Shown here one piece after another: positions 1 to 13,479 of a DNA stretch of 30,062 nt. This DNA comes from Ascoidea asiatica JCM 7603. Lineage: Eukaryota > Fungi > Ascomycota. The position numbers were made by a program, and so were the translations under genes. Below the pieces are notes generated by a model, which was not told the DNA's origin, made no database searches, and was given only the letters and a program-made list of their open reading frames with translations. The number at the start of each line of letters is the position of its first letter. Position 1 is the stretch's first letter. Location of the stretch: contig BCKQ01000014.1 of NCBI GenBank assembly GCA_001600695.1, forward strand, positions 359,555 through 389,616, in the 5' to 3' direction.

Positions 1-1053
1 AAATTATCGAGTTTTATATTTACTATTTTACATATTTTAATACATAATATTTATTATTAATCTATTTATAATATTGACATTATTTTTCATTAACCTTGAT
101 ATTTTTTAAACTAAAACAACTTAATTTGTTCCATTATGTCTCAAGAATCCCAACAGTTTCTGCAGTGGCCATATTAGATTTACGGTTGATAATAATCAAG
201 TTAAACCTTGGCATACCGCTTTTGCAATTTTTGAGATCCCCGTTAATTAAAGTTGCCAATATGTGATAAGTTTTAGTTTTTCGTTAAATGTGTTTTGAAA
301 TACGAATTAGGAAATTGATGAGAAAATTTGAAAAAAATATTTTGTTGAATAAAATTTTAAAACAGATCGTGTATCACTTTGGAAACTGTTTGTCCAAAAC
401 ATTCTTTGATGTTATAAATATATCATGTGTTACGTAACTGATTATGTATACCTGGGCCATGACGGGTTTTCTACTAGTTATGTAATCAGCACAAAGCGTT
501 GATAATAAGTAGTGGCATAAAGGTAGAGCGCATATAGTCCAGCAACAAATATACATACTTAAGGAAGTTATTTCAATCACCCGCTGTCAACTTTCGACTT
601 TTGCCATTTTAGTAAGAACGTAGACCAAAAAAACAATAACGCCACGCCTTAGCCATGGGGGTCGCAGGCAAGAAAATTTTGAATGTGGCACCTTTAAAGT
701 GGCCAGAAAACGAAGGTTTTTAATTACTTTTTTAACTGGATTTTTAAAAGTTTTCTTATTAAAAAGATTAAAACTGATAGAGCCTAGGACAGATTGGTCG
801 ACAGAAATGTCCGACATTTTTTAGCTTTTTTAATCAAAATTTGAAAAGGGTCTTTTTAATAGAAGTATAAAAAATATTAGACGACTTAATTATATTACAA
901 CTTCATAAAACAAATAACATGTTATTATAATTAAATCATTTAGTATACTACTTAACTAGTTAATAAAAATAAAAAAATTAAAGTCCCACTACAAAAAACA
1001 AATATAATATCAAAAGTTTTGAATACAATAAAAAAATAAAATAAAAAGGAAAA

Positions 1054-1166
1054 GTCAATTGATTAAATGAAATAAAATAAAAAAAGAAAGTCAATTGATT
1101 AAATAAAAGAAAAATACTTAGGTGTTGAATAGAAAAATCAAAATAAAATAAGATGGTCAATTGATT
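1054..1166. repeat. Three copies of GTCAATTGATT (palindromic TCAATTGA core) in an A-rich tract
   Basis: Copies at 1054, 1090 and 1156, downstream of the minus-strand gene ending at ~1213. Confidence 0.7.
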
Positions 1167-1212
1167 GAACATTTAAAAAGTAAAGAATATAATATAAAGA
1201 AGTCCTTTAAGG

Positions 1213-3480
1213 TTAAGTTACCAATTCAAAATCAGAGTTATTTTCTGAATCATCATCATCACTTATACTAATAATTTCAGTGTTTTCAGGTATAGAAATT
1301 TTATCTTTTTTTGTTTTCTTATATTTTTATTTTTCTTACTATTTTCATTTAATTCTTTATTAGTTTTTGGTTAATTATTCTTTTTTTTTTGGGTGGATTA
1401 ATGTCTAATTGTTGGAAAAATTCATCTCCAACATTTTTAGTGGATCTCCTAGTTCTAACAGCTATTGATTCAGTAAAAGTTCTTGAAGATGAATCAGCAA
1501 GTTTTCTTTAATTTGAATTTTTTTTACTATCATTATTATCAGGAGTACTTAAATAATATTCAAGTGGCTTAAACATAAATGGTGGTTGAGGATTACCAGT
1601 TGTAAGTGATGGTTCGTTCAATGGGAAAAAAGGAGTTGAATCTTTGGTTGAATGTTTGGTTGAATATGTTGATGAATGTGTTGATGAATGTGTTTTAGAA
1701 TTTCTGGAATTAGAATTAGAAGTTGAAGTAGTAGTGGAATTAGAATTTAGTTTATTATGAAGTTTTGAAAAGCTGGTTGATTTACTTAATAATATAATTT
1801 TACTAATACCCTTTGAATTTTCATTTAAATTTATAGGTTTAGTTGAATTTGAACTTTGAATTGGATTTTTAATTGGATTTTTAGTTGGATTTTTAATTGA
1901 ATCTTTAATAGGTTTTTGAATTGGTCTTTGAATTGTATTTTTAATTGTATTTTTAATTGGTTTTTGAATTGTATTTTTAATTGTATTTTTAATTGTATTT
2001 TTAATTGGATTTTCATTTTTAGTTTCATTTGAATTTTGATTTGAATTATGATTTGAATCTAAATTTTGAATTTCATTTGATTTTTTAATGGAATCGTTAA
2101 TTGAATTTTTAATTGAATCTTTAATATCTTTAATTGAACCAAAATTTAAATTTTTATGTTGAATTGAATTTTTTATTGATCCTTTAATTATATTCAAGTT
2201 TGAATCTTTGTTTTAAAATGAATTTTTAATTGAATTTAAAGTATTATCATCTGAATAATCTACAAAAAGAGAAGAATCTTTGAAAAAATAATTATGATCC
2301 AATGGTTTATGTGATTTATTTTTCTTTTCTTTCTTTTTCCCCTTTTTGTTATCATTTTTTTCAGTGAATTTATTTGAATTATCTTCGATGTAAAGAATTT
2401 GGTTGATTAACATAATTACCATTTTTTGAATTGAATTCTTCTAAAACATAATTTGTTTTATTGGATGTGTTTAAAAAATCATCATATTTTTCATCTTTTT
2501 GAATTGAAAAATTAGAAAACACATTACGATTAACAAAAAAAGTTTGATTATAGTCTAATAGTTTAATTGGATCACAAATATTTTGCTGAGAATTGAATAG
2601 ATTTATTCTATAAGGAATTTGATTTAAATAATTTTTAAAATCATCATCTAGGGAAGATAATAGATCCATTTTAATTTTACTTGCAGCAAAAATTGGTTGT
2701 AATTTTTTTCTCATTTTTGTTTGTAATTGTAAACTTGTAAACTTAAATTTTTCAGCTGCATCTAAAGCCTTTTCAAGAGAATCTTTATTTGAAGAAATAT
2801 CTACAAGTTTTTCAAAAAATACTCTGGATAATCCAAAGTATTTTACATTAATTTCCATATAGCATTTTTGTTCTATTTTAATATTTGTCATCCCTTTTCC
2901 TTTTTTTTTTTCCAATATATAAAGTAATACCTTTGGAATTAATTGATGAGGAGGTAAAATTTCTTTTTTATGATTATTAATAACTGTACTAATTTTATAC
3001 TCTTTTCTTTCAATTGCTTTTGTAGCTCTGTTTGATAATTTTGAATAATTAAAATTTTCAATATCTTCATATTGAGAAAGGGTGATAGGACAATCATTAG
3101 ATAATAAATTTACCAAATCCAAAGTTGTAGAAGAAGATTCAACTTTTAAAGCAAGATTGAGAACATGAGTCCATAATTCTCTTTCACTTTCATATTGAAT
3201 AATATTACTTGTCTTGGATTTATTCACTAAATTTTTTTCAACAACTTTAATAAAAGCATTATCTGAGCTTTTAAGAAACACTATAACAAGAAAGCAAAAT
3301 CATATTTGAAAAAGGTAGTCTTAAGAATCAATTGGATATTTATTATACCCCGTATTATAATTTTTCATTTTCATCTCTGCTATTGAAGTTATTATTGAAT
3401 TTTTATCGTTGACACTTTTGTTATCAATAAATAAGTGAGCAACCTTTTCATGAGCATTGAAAATTCTTCGAGTTTCATTC
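1213..3480 (-). pseudogene. Frameshifted gene for an unknown ~700 aa protein: globular N-terminal part, K/N/S/T-rich low-complexity C-terminal half
   Basis: ORFs 2379-3281, 2213-2422 and 1508-2197 plus a tail (..PPKKKRII..EIISISDDDSENNSDFELVT*) are collinear and join through frame changes near A/T homopolymers. A probable intron (GTATAA..TTATAG) lies near 3281-3347. It could be an intact gene with sequencing indels. Confidence 0.55.
1850..2010 (-). repeat. 12-bp coding tandem repeat (K-N-T/P-I units)
   Basis: Arrays of TTTTAATTGTAT/TTTTAATTGGAT that translate as KNTI/KNPI/QKPI in ORF 1508-2197. Confidence 0.85.
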
Positions 3481-3850
3481 AAATAAGAAAATGATTAAAG
3501 TTAACTTTCATATAAAAATATCACCTATATATTAGGACCTCTTAAAATGCACATATCAACCCGAATGTCCAAAAATTCAAGAAAAGATGTCTTTGGCAAA
3601 AGGCGTCTGAATCCCTACACTCTAAATTATCTTTAGCAATTTGGTGACCAAAAAAAGTAAAAAACGGAGTAGTAACGCTTTTTTGAAATTTCTCTGCACT
3701 TATATAACACTCGCCAACTTGATTAACATTAACATAGGCACTCATTAAAATAAATTTAGCAATTTTTCAATTTTGCTGTTTCTTATATGATTTATTTAAA
3801 CAATTTTCTGGTGAATGGTCTACTCTCAAAGGAAGGGTGGGTAATGGATA

Positions 3851-5452
3851 TTATTTTATTGATAAACTGGATGATAAAGAAGCAGAAAATTGTTCGTTTT
3901 TATAGCTAGATACAATTAGTTGTTTTGATGTAAGCGCATCAACTTTATTATTATAGTTAGTATCTTCGTGATTTTTATTATATTTATTATTATCTTCATT
4001 ATTATTATCTTCCTTATAGTCTTCTTCGTTATCCAATTAAGTATTATCATCTTCATTATCCGCTTCAATATTATTAACACCAAGTAAAACTTCTTTAATA
4101 CGTACAACGTCTTTATGATCTTCATCGGTAACAAGTTTGATATTACTATTTTGATTGTTAACATTATTATTTCTATTTGGTAAATAAACTTTGTTATTTG
4201 TATTTAATAAATTCATATTTTTATTATTAGTATTTAATAAATTAGCATTATTATTAGCAGTAAATAATAAATTAACAGTAAATTTTAAATTAACATTATT
4301 AATATTAGTAAATATTCAACTAACATTATTATTATTATTATTTGATTGAATGTTATTATCAATATTATTATTATTATTACTATTATTATTATTACTTCAT
4401 TTACAATATTACTTTTGGACTGATTATGACTTTTATTATTATATGAGTGATTAATACATTCATTATTATTAGATTCATCATTATCTTCATCCGAAGTAGA
4501 TGCGAGAATTTAGTTGTCAGCATACACCTTCTCTATTAAAATCTCTCCGTTATCCTCATCTGACCTCCCGAAAATACCGTCATGTCCCATACTCCAATTA
4601 CAAGCAGAGGAAGACAGGCTATTGGCACGTTCAGATTTAGGCCTTTGATTTTCTGGGCTAATATCAATTCCATCTTCAAGGTTTCCAAGAACCTCCTGGA
4701 AGATAAGACCCAACTTTTCAGCGAGGAACTTACGTCCTGGATGATTAGTAGTATTTTTTGCAGCAACATAACCTAGATTACTTCTTGTTTCATTAGAAGC
4801 AAGAGTACCGCCCATCCACTTACCTTTTTGTTTTACGGGCACATTTTGTATTTCACTGGAAGGTTTAATTTGCTAATCATCAAACTCAGGCAGTATTACA
4901 GCAGCAATATCACCAGTAGCTTAAGGAGTATAGATCTCATTTCCAATTTTAAAATTTTGTAGTTGATTTTTGCCAAATTCCTCTTTTGTTATTTCATCCT
5001 CTTTATTCATTTCATAGGAAAGTACCCTTGAAAATTCCCTGAATATTTCTTTATCAATTATTTGTGTTTTTCTTTTTTTTGTTTTTCTCTGAAAATTAAA
5101 ATATCTGCTATATTTCCAGGATTACAGTTTCGAATTATTTAAATCCTGACTCTGCAGTTATATTCGTTGAACCGTTTACATCCGAATATAGATTTTATTG
5201 AGAATCCTAATGTAAATAAGATCTCAAACCTGATAGAGAATCGGGATCACAATAAGAATGTTCATTGAAATTCAGGTCACAACTTTTTTTGAAAGGATAT
5301 AGTCTATCATATTTCTCTGTCTTCTTTAAATTATTTTTTTCTTCGTCTCCTTTTCTCTACCTCATCTTCAAAGATTTTTCTAGTTTTCGTGCTTGAATAT
5401 CTTTTTTAAGACAAGACATTAAAATCGATGGAATTCCGTTATTTGATTTCAT
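3851..5452 (-). pseudogene. Decayed gene of unknown function with Asn/Asp-rich C-terminus
   Basis: ATG at 5452 (MKSNNGIPSILMSCLKKD..). Reading frames continue through stops and frameshifts into ORF 4510-4842, then into AAT-rich low-complexity sequence ending at ORF 3851-4036. Confidence 0.5.
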
Positions 5453-6099
5453 TGTGTTTTGACCTTAACATCTAATGTCAATTATTTTAATCTTGTTATT
5501 CTGTTCGTTTATAATTGTTTTATTTTTTTTAATATTTAAATTTTTCACTCGTCAATCGTATCAGTACTTGATTTTTAATTACTTTAATTTATAAATTTTT
5601 TATTTCTTCAATTACTTAAAATTGAATTCTAGAATTGAAAATTTTCGTAATTTAACTAAAAAAGACCTAAAATCTTTAATTTCTATCAAAACGTTTAATG
5701 ATTATCAATTTATGTTTAAGATATTTTTCGATATTGGGGAGGTTTACCTATGTCATTGCAGTATAAACATAATTTATATAGTTCGGCAAGGCTTTGATTC
5801 CATCAGTCAACCAAATTAAGAAAGCAGAAGGCTTTAGTCAAAACAAACTAATTTCTATTAATTCTTATAATTCCTTGAGAAATAGTTGCTTGAGTTGGGA
5901 ATGAAAGTTTCTAACTTCACGTTTTATTAGTAAAAAACTCTAAGTTATTTTACTTGTTCTATTATCCTTTAATGAAAACAAGTTGGAGCTGATGATTCTT
6001 AAATTCTAGAAACAGATTATAAAAATCCTTGTACGGGAAACTTTGTGCCTTATAAAGTTAACTACGAAACTTACAAAAATCGTTTTTTTTTGGATTCTT

Positions 6100-7450
6100 C
6101 AATGAGGTGAGCAACTTGATTACAGTACTAATCTATAAAAATCGATTAATCAGTGCAAAGAAAAAAAATCAGGCCTCAAGTATTAATACGGTTCGACTGT
6201 CATATGTCAACTCCGTACTAAGGACTTGCTAGATTTGCGATTGTATAAGCATGTTTTAAAACACTTTATATAAGAATAGTTCTTGCATTTCGGCACAGTA
6301 ATGAAAATAATAAATCAAATAAAATAGGGACACTAAATTCCGGAAAATTAAACTGTGAGTCTGAGAATGTGACCACGGAATACTTGTTAGGACCGATGTG
6401 AAAACAGATATCTTGGATATACATGGAACTACTGAAACCCCACTCCTGATTTTTACTTTCCGAAGAAACCATTTTTTCAAATTCCGCAATCAGGGCAAAT
6501 CTCTAACAAGTTTTTTTAATTCCCCCATATTAGAGTCTTCATAAAATACTTGAAACAATAAATCTCACAACTCTGTGAACAGTTTTCTTGCAAAGGGAAT
6601 ATATGTGGTATCATAAAACCTCTTATTCCGGGAATCGAATTATCATAACTCTCTTTTTGATCCCAGTTTGAACACACCCTTATTAACTAAAACCTGAAGT
6701 TTCATTAGAGCTTCAAATAATTCTTCCCCGAAACTATTTTTTTATACAATAGGAAAACCCCTTCTAATCCAAAAGCAATATCTTTATAATCTGAAACCAA
6801 AATCCTGGGAGCTAAGCTTTTTGCCATGCAAGTTAGATAGAAAATTATGCAGTCTGACTTTTTTGGGAGGTAGTGTAGCATTGCGTTGTTGTATATGTTA
6901 ACTATCTCTTATCCTGATTTTGAAATTTTCTTGCTTGTTCTACCCTATAACATCCGGAGCTGAGATAATTTGTTTCAGTTAAATAACTGATTTTAGTCAT
7001 GAAGGGCAGAGCTATTGTAGAAACTAAATTTGGATAAAAAAGTTAAGAAACGTTGGTTTCTAATACCAGTAAATTGAAGAAAACCTCAACTATTTGAAGA
7101 GATGTGATTTTCTTTTGACAATATTTTTACATAAATTGATTTAACCTCTTTAACCAGTACAAACAAAAATCTGCAGTATTGAAACATTTCAACAAGTACT
7201 GCTTCTTCCTAATATTTGATATTTGTGATAAAATTCCATTAAGAATGAATAATATAAGTTTTAATCTTATGTAAAACTCCACATTAAATAATCGTGACGG
7301 AGCAGGACCTTGTGTATTTTTTAGAAATATAGGGACCGAATATAGCAAATCCAAGTACAAGTTAGAATCCGGGGTATGAGAAAACTGCGATACATTATTT
7401 CCTATTTACGGAACATTTCAGAAGCAGAATTATAGTAAAATTTTACAAGC
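6100..7450 (-). pseudogene. Decayed gene; C-terminal part weakly resembles a TET/JBP-type 2OG-Fe(II) dioxygenase
   Basis: Stitched frames give ..LLYKxNSFGEELFEALMKL..WGFSSSMYIQDICFHIGPNKYSVVTFSDSQFNFPEFSVPILFDLLFSLLCRNARTIL. HIG is one base from HID, and FxFPExxV..LLxxNA matches the pattern recalled for this family. The family assignment is speculative. Confidence 0.3.
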
Positions 7451-7798
7451 ACTAAAATCACACCAGAGTAAAATGACCTATATTCGCAATATGCTCGGCT
7501 TCCGGAAGCTTGCACATCCACAGAAGGCCCGAAAAATTCAGTGCGATAAATACATCGACCCAGATATACTACCCATTAGTATTTTATATACTGTTTGTTG
7601 TTTAAGCGTAATGTAAAATACACCTAGGGTGAAATTTCCCGAAACAATGGAACGCTTCGAAAAAATTCGGCACCAGAAACGGGCAATCGGTATAAACAGA
7701 AATTATAAATTATATTACCCAAAGATATCTAATTTCCAGATCGTATTTCTCAAAAATCTTTTTGCACACATCAGGTAAAGATCTTGAAAATCTTAACA

Positions 7799-9583
7799 AT
7801 GATGACTAAAGAGACATCAATCTCTTCCGACAAAGAGTTAGAGGTACTCATTGAATAAGAAGCTGTTGGAGAAACCGCAAAAGACCAACTGAATGCTTTT
7901 TTTAATCTGCCCCACTTTCAGGGATTGCCGATTTAGAAAACATCCCTTGCGTATTTTCGTCAGAAAAAATAAGTATTCCGAAAGTTCTGTGTCTTGCAGT
8001 TCGTTGAGAAAAAACAAGGCTTGAGATATTGTTCAGGCATTGGAAAGAGCCGCTGTTAAATATGATAAGACACATGAAAAGGAAACTACAAAAATGCACA
8101 ACAAAATAAAAAAAAGTTTGTTGCGGATTATATATTTCACAGGCTAAATAAGAATAAATTGAGAAACAAGGATATATTACGAAACGTTTTGCCTTTCCGT
8201 GAGGAAGAATTATTAAAAGAGAAAGGATGGTAAAAGTGTATACAAAATAGATAGTAACAAATATTTTAAATATTTTGCAATTGTAAAATTATTTACCGAT
8301 TAGAACCAAAGATAAGCAGAAATCCCTTCTTGACGGAAATAGCCTAATAGACCAGGTTGTTTAGATACCTATAGAACAAAAAAAAGTCGTTCGTTTTCGC
8401 GGGGAGGTGTAGTTTTACAGGGAAAAATCCCACGATGGCTCTAAGCTGAAGAATTACTATTCATAAGCTACGGTTAGTGATTGCCTCTGCCGTATTGAAT
8501 TTCACGTATACGTTGACCAGTGGCTACAATAACGTTCCCTCAAACATCTACTTAACTTTACCCAGGTTATCCCTGAATAATATTTCCACGCAGCACACTC
8601 GAACAAACAACCTTATGAAGAGAACCCATTGATTTCAGCCAACAAGCCAATATTGAACTTAATGATTTACACCAAGTTTTGTATGATATCCTATTCACAT
8701 TATCACTAATTGCTTATTCATATCTCTTCCTGCTACCAAATGTGAGGGCTGCGAGATTACTAACCTTTTTCCTTTTCCTGTTGGATAAATGGACCCCAAT
8801 CTCCTAGGAAACATTCCCAAGTATGTGAGCCCAGAGATACAAAACGAAGCCAACCTCAATATGGTAAAATTCAGTACCCTCGGTTAGCGGATTTCCAAAA
8901 TAGGAGATTTCTTCTACAGAAAAATACAGGACCAATAAATAGAGTCAAAGAGATAGCTGTGACCCAAATGATTCTGCTTGTCCCTGGACAATTCGTGGCC
9001 GCTTCCGGTAAAACTGTTAAAACAAACAATTTTTTTGTAAAATAAACTTTTCTTCCTTGTTATCGAAGGGTGCAAATTGACACGTCAATTCAGTCTGTTA
9101 ACGAAACCAAACAGCGTCCAAGAGGGAGCCAAATGGACAACCCGAGAAGTTAGGTACCTTTTTAGGATACAAACTATTGAAGGACAGGCTAGGTCAACAT
9201 TTCAAAAAAATTGGGAATACCTGCTGAATAGAACTGGGTTAGCTACCACTCCAGCGGACCGACACGCAGTAGTTATCAAAGTTTTCAGTTCTCATCTTCG
9301 AACTAGATTAGCAAATAGCCGTCGCTAACCATGGTTTGCCTTTATTGCTGTTGGATTACAAGAGTTTTTAGGAGCAAACTGGATGAGCCCTATCTTCCAA
9401 CCACCCGGATTCGCCCTTGTGGTGCCCTGCAGGAGAGTACTCCACTGGACCCGTATTGTATTTCTCTCCATAGGATTCGATATGTTCATATATTGTTACC
9501 TGTACTTGCACGTGGGTGCGTTCCTTAACATATACTTGCAGAAACAAACCTTTTTCTGCAAAATATCACATAATCTCACATAG
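7799..9583 (+). pseudogene. Decayed spliced gene, unknown; possible cupin/JmjC-like C-terminal region
   Basis: Long frames with scattered stops from ATG 7799. Phase-consistent introns at 8230-8303 and 9008-9068 (GTAAAA..AG). ORFs 9077-9328 and 9383-9583 are the same frame separated by one stop. Motif IFQPPGFALVVPCRRVLH. Confidence 0.45.
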
Positions 9584-9589
9584 ACTGGC

Positions 9590-9645
9590 TGTATGTTACA
9601 GAAGGTTATCTACATTGCAATAGAGTTGCATAACCTTAGATAACC
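9590..9645 (+). repeat. Partial copy (E) of the GGTTA-box site family
   Basis: GTTACAGAAGGTTATCTAC..AGAGTTGCATAACCTTAGATAACC resembles the 3' end of copies B and C (GGTTA-n5-GGT..GAGGTTGCATAACC). It lies immediately after the stop at 9583. Confidence 0.4.
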
Positions 9646-9939
9646 ATCCATAGGATTGGATGCCCTTCCATAACGTTCTAAAACCTTTCATTAATTGAAT
9701 CCTTTAGTAGTTAATGGGTTATTGAAAATCCTTGGTTCTCGATCCGGCGATGGGAGCTTCTACTAATATTCTAGTAATTGTTTGAGTAGTTACTGTGAAA
9801 AGTACTAGTTGGTTTTAGTACGCTAAATGTAGTGACATCTGACCGCCATACAAATTGCAAACTTTAGTTAATCTTTGCAAAAAATATTTCAATTGTCCTG
9901 TAGATTAGGGGTATTGAAACGTATAACTTTTATTCTTGT

Positions 9940-10450
9940 AGGTATGGTAGAGAAAAAGGGAATGTGGGGGATACTCGGAATCAATTAAATTCCAGCGCTC
10001 TTCAATTAAATATTAACTCTTTAATGGAAGTATTGAAATTAAGTTTAAGTGGTTCCGAACTTAATATAGATGATAATATAACAGAATTAAATAATAATGA
10101 ATTCTTAACTCAAAAATTTATAATCGGCTTTTCACAAACAGCTTGGGAATTATGGAATTGACTAATCATACTCAAAAATCTCAGAATAAAGCTTTTCTTT
10201 TCATTCCACGCAAGGTGTATTAACTGTAGAAACTCCAGCAATTAAATGATCAAAAATAAACTAGAAGTTAAAAAATCTGATACAAATTGAAAAAATCAAT
10301 TGAACGAAAGAGCAATCAAAGACATGATACCCAGCGAACACTTTAATATTTAAACATCTAATTTGTTGAATATTATTGACTTAAGTTTATCATTCCTTAC
10401 TATTGTAGTTACAGATTCAAATCCAAATAAAATTGGTATCAATAATTGTG
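9940..10450 (+). pseudogene. Decayed gene fragment, unknown
   Basis: ORF 9964-10161 follows a TTCTTGTAG acceptor-like site and continues in broken frames. Confidence 0.3.
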
Positions 10451-11159
10451 AATCATCTACGAATTAATATATTGTTTCACCATTTACATCTAAATATCTT
10501 AAAATATTAATTAATTGCTGAATTCTGTATGAGAATCAGCTTCACTTTTTAAAGCCTTATTTTGTTTTTTTAAATCTTTTAATTGAAAATTACCAATTTT
10601 TTAAAATATAGTTAATAACTAAGAACAAAGTGAAAACCTGACCCCAAGAAAATCAAATTCTCGACGCACTAAAAACTAAACAAAAGGCATCATCAAGGAT
10701 CTAGGTAACCACCACGGCGTGAAATTAACACACTGTTTTCTAATGGGTGCTTGGATTTTACTGCAGAATTTTCAAAGTACGTGTCACTTAAAGTATTTTA
10801 AAAGCCAGAAATAGCAGTGAAGCTAGTATAAATTTTTAAAAAACTTGTGCAGGTAGTTACTTCATATAAAATTATCCGCGAATTTTAGTTACAAAAATTA
10901 TTCTGGATATATTTATTGATTACCATAAAAAGAGAATTTCCCTTTAAAGGACACGTAGAAAAAACGTGTTGCGAAAAACAAAAACCTTTAAAGAGAATTT
11001 AAAGGCCATATTTTGTATCGAATATTTAGTTTTTCATCCAGATATCTTTAAATTTATACTAACCTTTAAATATTGAGACACAAAAAAAAAATTTTAGTAC
11101 AAAGCGGCAAGAAAATTAATCCGACAGGAAAAATAGAAAGAAAAACAAACACTAAAACA

Positions 11160-12295
11160 AAAGCAAAAACAAGCACTGCAGATTAAATAAAAAACTAAAT
11201 AATGTTATCAATTTGTCTAGACACATCTGTGCTGGCTGTTCTTATTCTATTCCGAATTTGATCAAACTCGTAAAAGTTTTCTCAATAACTGAACTGACTA
11301 TAGCCATATATAGCATTTTTGAATTTGGTTTTTAGCTTCAGAAATATACTCAGGTTCCAATTCATTAATAAAATTTGTTACGACATTCGCCATAACATCC
11401 GGTGAAACAATCATTTGTGTTTTGTCTGGGTTGTTAAGCATCGTGTTCGTTCGCCATAAAATAGTCGCCCATTTTCAGCCAATTATCTTCGACATTAAAT
11501 TACAGTGTTTGGATTTTCCACAATTTCCTTTACAGTTTCAATTTCATCAATGTGATCATAATCGTGTTTGTGCAATAAATAATTATAAAACCATTCACTA
11601 ATAGAAAATGAACCGAAAGCACTGAGATGATTAAAAATATTTTTAATATCTCCAATCATTTCATTGAGGGCTTTTAGAATTCCTGTTCGTTGGTCTTGTT
11701 TGACACTAGCCAAACCTGTAAGGCGATTGAACTCTTGAAAGAAATTTACACTGAAAAAGGCTATTTCTGGATTCAAAACTGAAAATGTTAAGCAAACAGT
11801 TAATATTTTGAATTAAATAGACGTAGTCTTGAACCGAGGGTTCAAACTTCTTTAAAACCAGTAAAGCTTATCATTAGACGTTTGAAATTGTCAGTTTCAA
11901 TGCTGAGCGGAATTTCTGCAATGATATGTTCAAATTGTTAAATATTATTTTGGTTTACAATAGAAGAAAGAATATAATTTTAATTTTTGATACCAATTTA
12001 TAATTAAGGTTCTAATATTAAAACAAAACACAAGGAATATTTACCTGATCTAGCTAACAAACCTTGGAATATTTTCTTGTTTTTTTATCTTTAAAAGAAG
12101 AAATTGCTGTAGCACATAACAATAATTGATTTAATTGACCCGTTACAGATCCAAGGAGAGCGTTAAAGTTCTCATGAAGCTTTGAAGCTAAATCTTCTTA
12201 TATGGGTAAACTAGTTTGAGACCTATATCTGTTTTTTAAATTTTTCTCATAATCCTCAATGAAAAATTTTCTCTTTGTATTGAATTCTCATTCAT
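11160..12295 (-). pseudogene. Decayed three-exon gene, unknown helical protein starting MNENSIQREKFF
   Basis: AAAATG at 12295. Introns at ~11916-12044 (GTAAAT..GCAG) and ~11779-11822 (GT..TTAAC..TTCAG). ORF 11495-11776 continues after a frameshift as ..KWATILWRTNTMLNNPDKTQMIVSPDVMANVVTNFINELEPEY.. Confidence 0.55.
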
Positions 12296-13265
12296 TTTAC
12301 AAATTTACAATTTCGAATTTTATAATATTTTACATACTATGTATCAATCATGTAACTCGCACTAATCGATGATCTAAAAAAAAAGTAAATAAAGTAAATA
12401 AAAAAAAAAGAGGAAATCGATACATTTTATGGTAATTCTGGATTCCTACGGGCCCGGAGAGCTATCGAGAATTGTCGCGAAATCCGAAACCTCCGAGAAT
12501 TCGGGCTTAGAATCACGCCGGGAATCAAGTTTACCTTGTAAAAAGGGTTGGAAGCTTCATTAGCAATTAATTGAAATTCACATTTCAGTTTAACATAGCA
12601 CAACCATCCAGCTGCTATCCACTCGGCTAGACAACCAAACTGAAAAGCCGGGAATAATATTTAATCGCGACGCACGGCACAATCCCGGACTCGGAATACA
12701 TTCTCCGGGGACTAGATCCATTTGTCTCCTGTTTACTCCGAGGCAATTAAGTACCCCCTGTGCGGCTTATACCTTGTCTCATATAAAAGTAGCCTTATCC
12801 AATTGAACCATCAAGAAGGCGTCGCTACTTGGTTCCGATTGGCATTTGGGATTTAAGTTCTATCCGTATAAACGCTAAATACTCTTTATTAATCTTGTAC
12901 CAAGTGGCTAAGCTTCAATATACTTTTAAAGGTTCTACGATTGTGGCTGGCAACAATGTCAAGGTCTTTTCTATATTGAACGCTATACCGGACGTATGCA
13001 CCCACGATCTATGCCACGTGACTGGAATATGTCCTGATATCCGAATATTTGTGATCCAATACACAGACTCATGCAAGGTCATGGCTTTTGAAGTATTCTC
13101 CGTGCAACTTAATGGAATAATATGCAACTATCTGTGTATTTATTCCTAATTATGCATCTCTATGCATAATTGTACATAACGTATACATATTTTGGTATAA
13201 TACATGACTCTATTACGTCTACTATAGAAAGATGTCGTTGAGAGCTACACCGCCTATGGTGTTAA
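12275..13265 (-). repeat. ~1 kb repeat, copy 1 (inverted relative to 28174-29163)
   Basis: Manual alignment: 12615-12878 vs revcomp 28563-28826 is 264 nt, gap-free, with about 76 mismatches. A 31-nt perfect block lies at 12520-12550 = revcomp 28892-28922. Confidence 0.93.
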
Positions 13266-13479
13266 AGTACCAATATATGCCCCACCAGAAATAGATTTTT
13301 ATTATTTCCAACAGTATGCAGTATTATTAAGATTGAGTACCTACTCAAAATTTCATAACTTTTTGCAAAAATAGCTAACCTTATTCAATAAAAAAAGGGT
13401 CCATGCCAAATCCTATGTATTGAAAACTTTGAAGATATTGAAGTATTACTCAATAATTATAAAAATTCAGAAGCATTCA

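Noticed and set aside
1831-2028. ORF with (LKIQ)n repeats
   Set aside because: Alternative frame of the 12-bp tandem repeat in ORF 1508-2197.
12829-13149. ORFs 12829-13149(+), 12915-13127(-) and 28854-29078(+) as real genes
   Set aside because: They lie within the 1 kb repeat. Similarity between copies appears in several frames on both strands, with no clear third-position bias and shared stops. A coding origin is not fully excluded.
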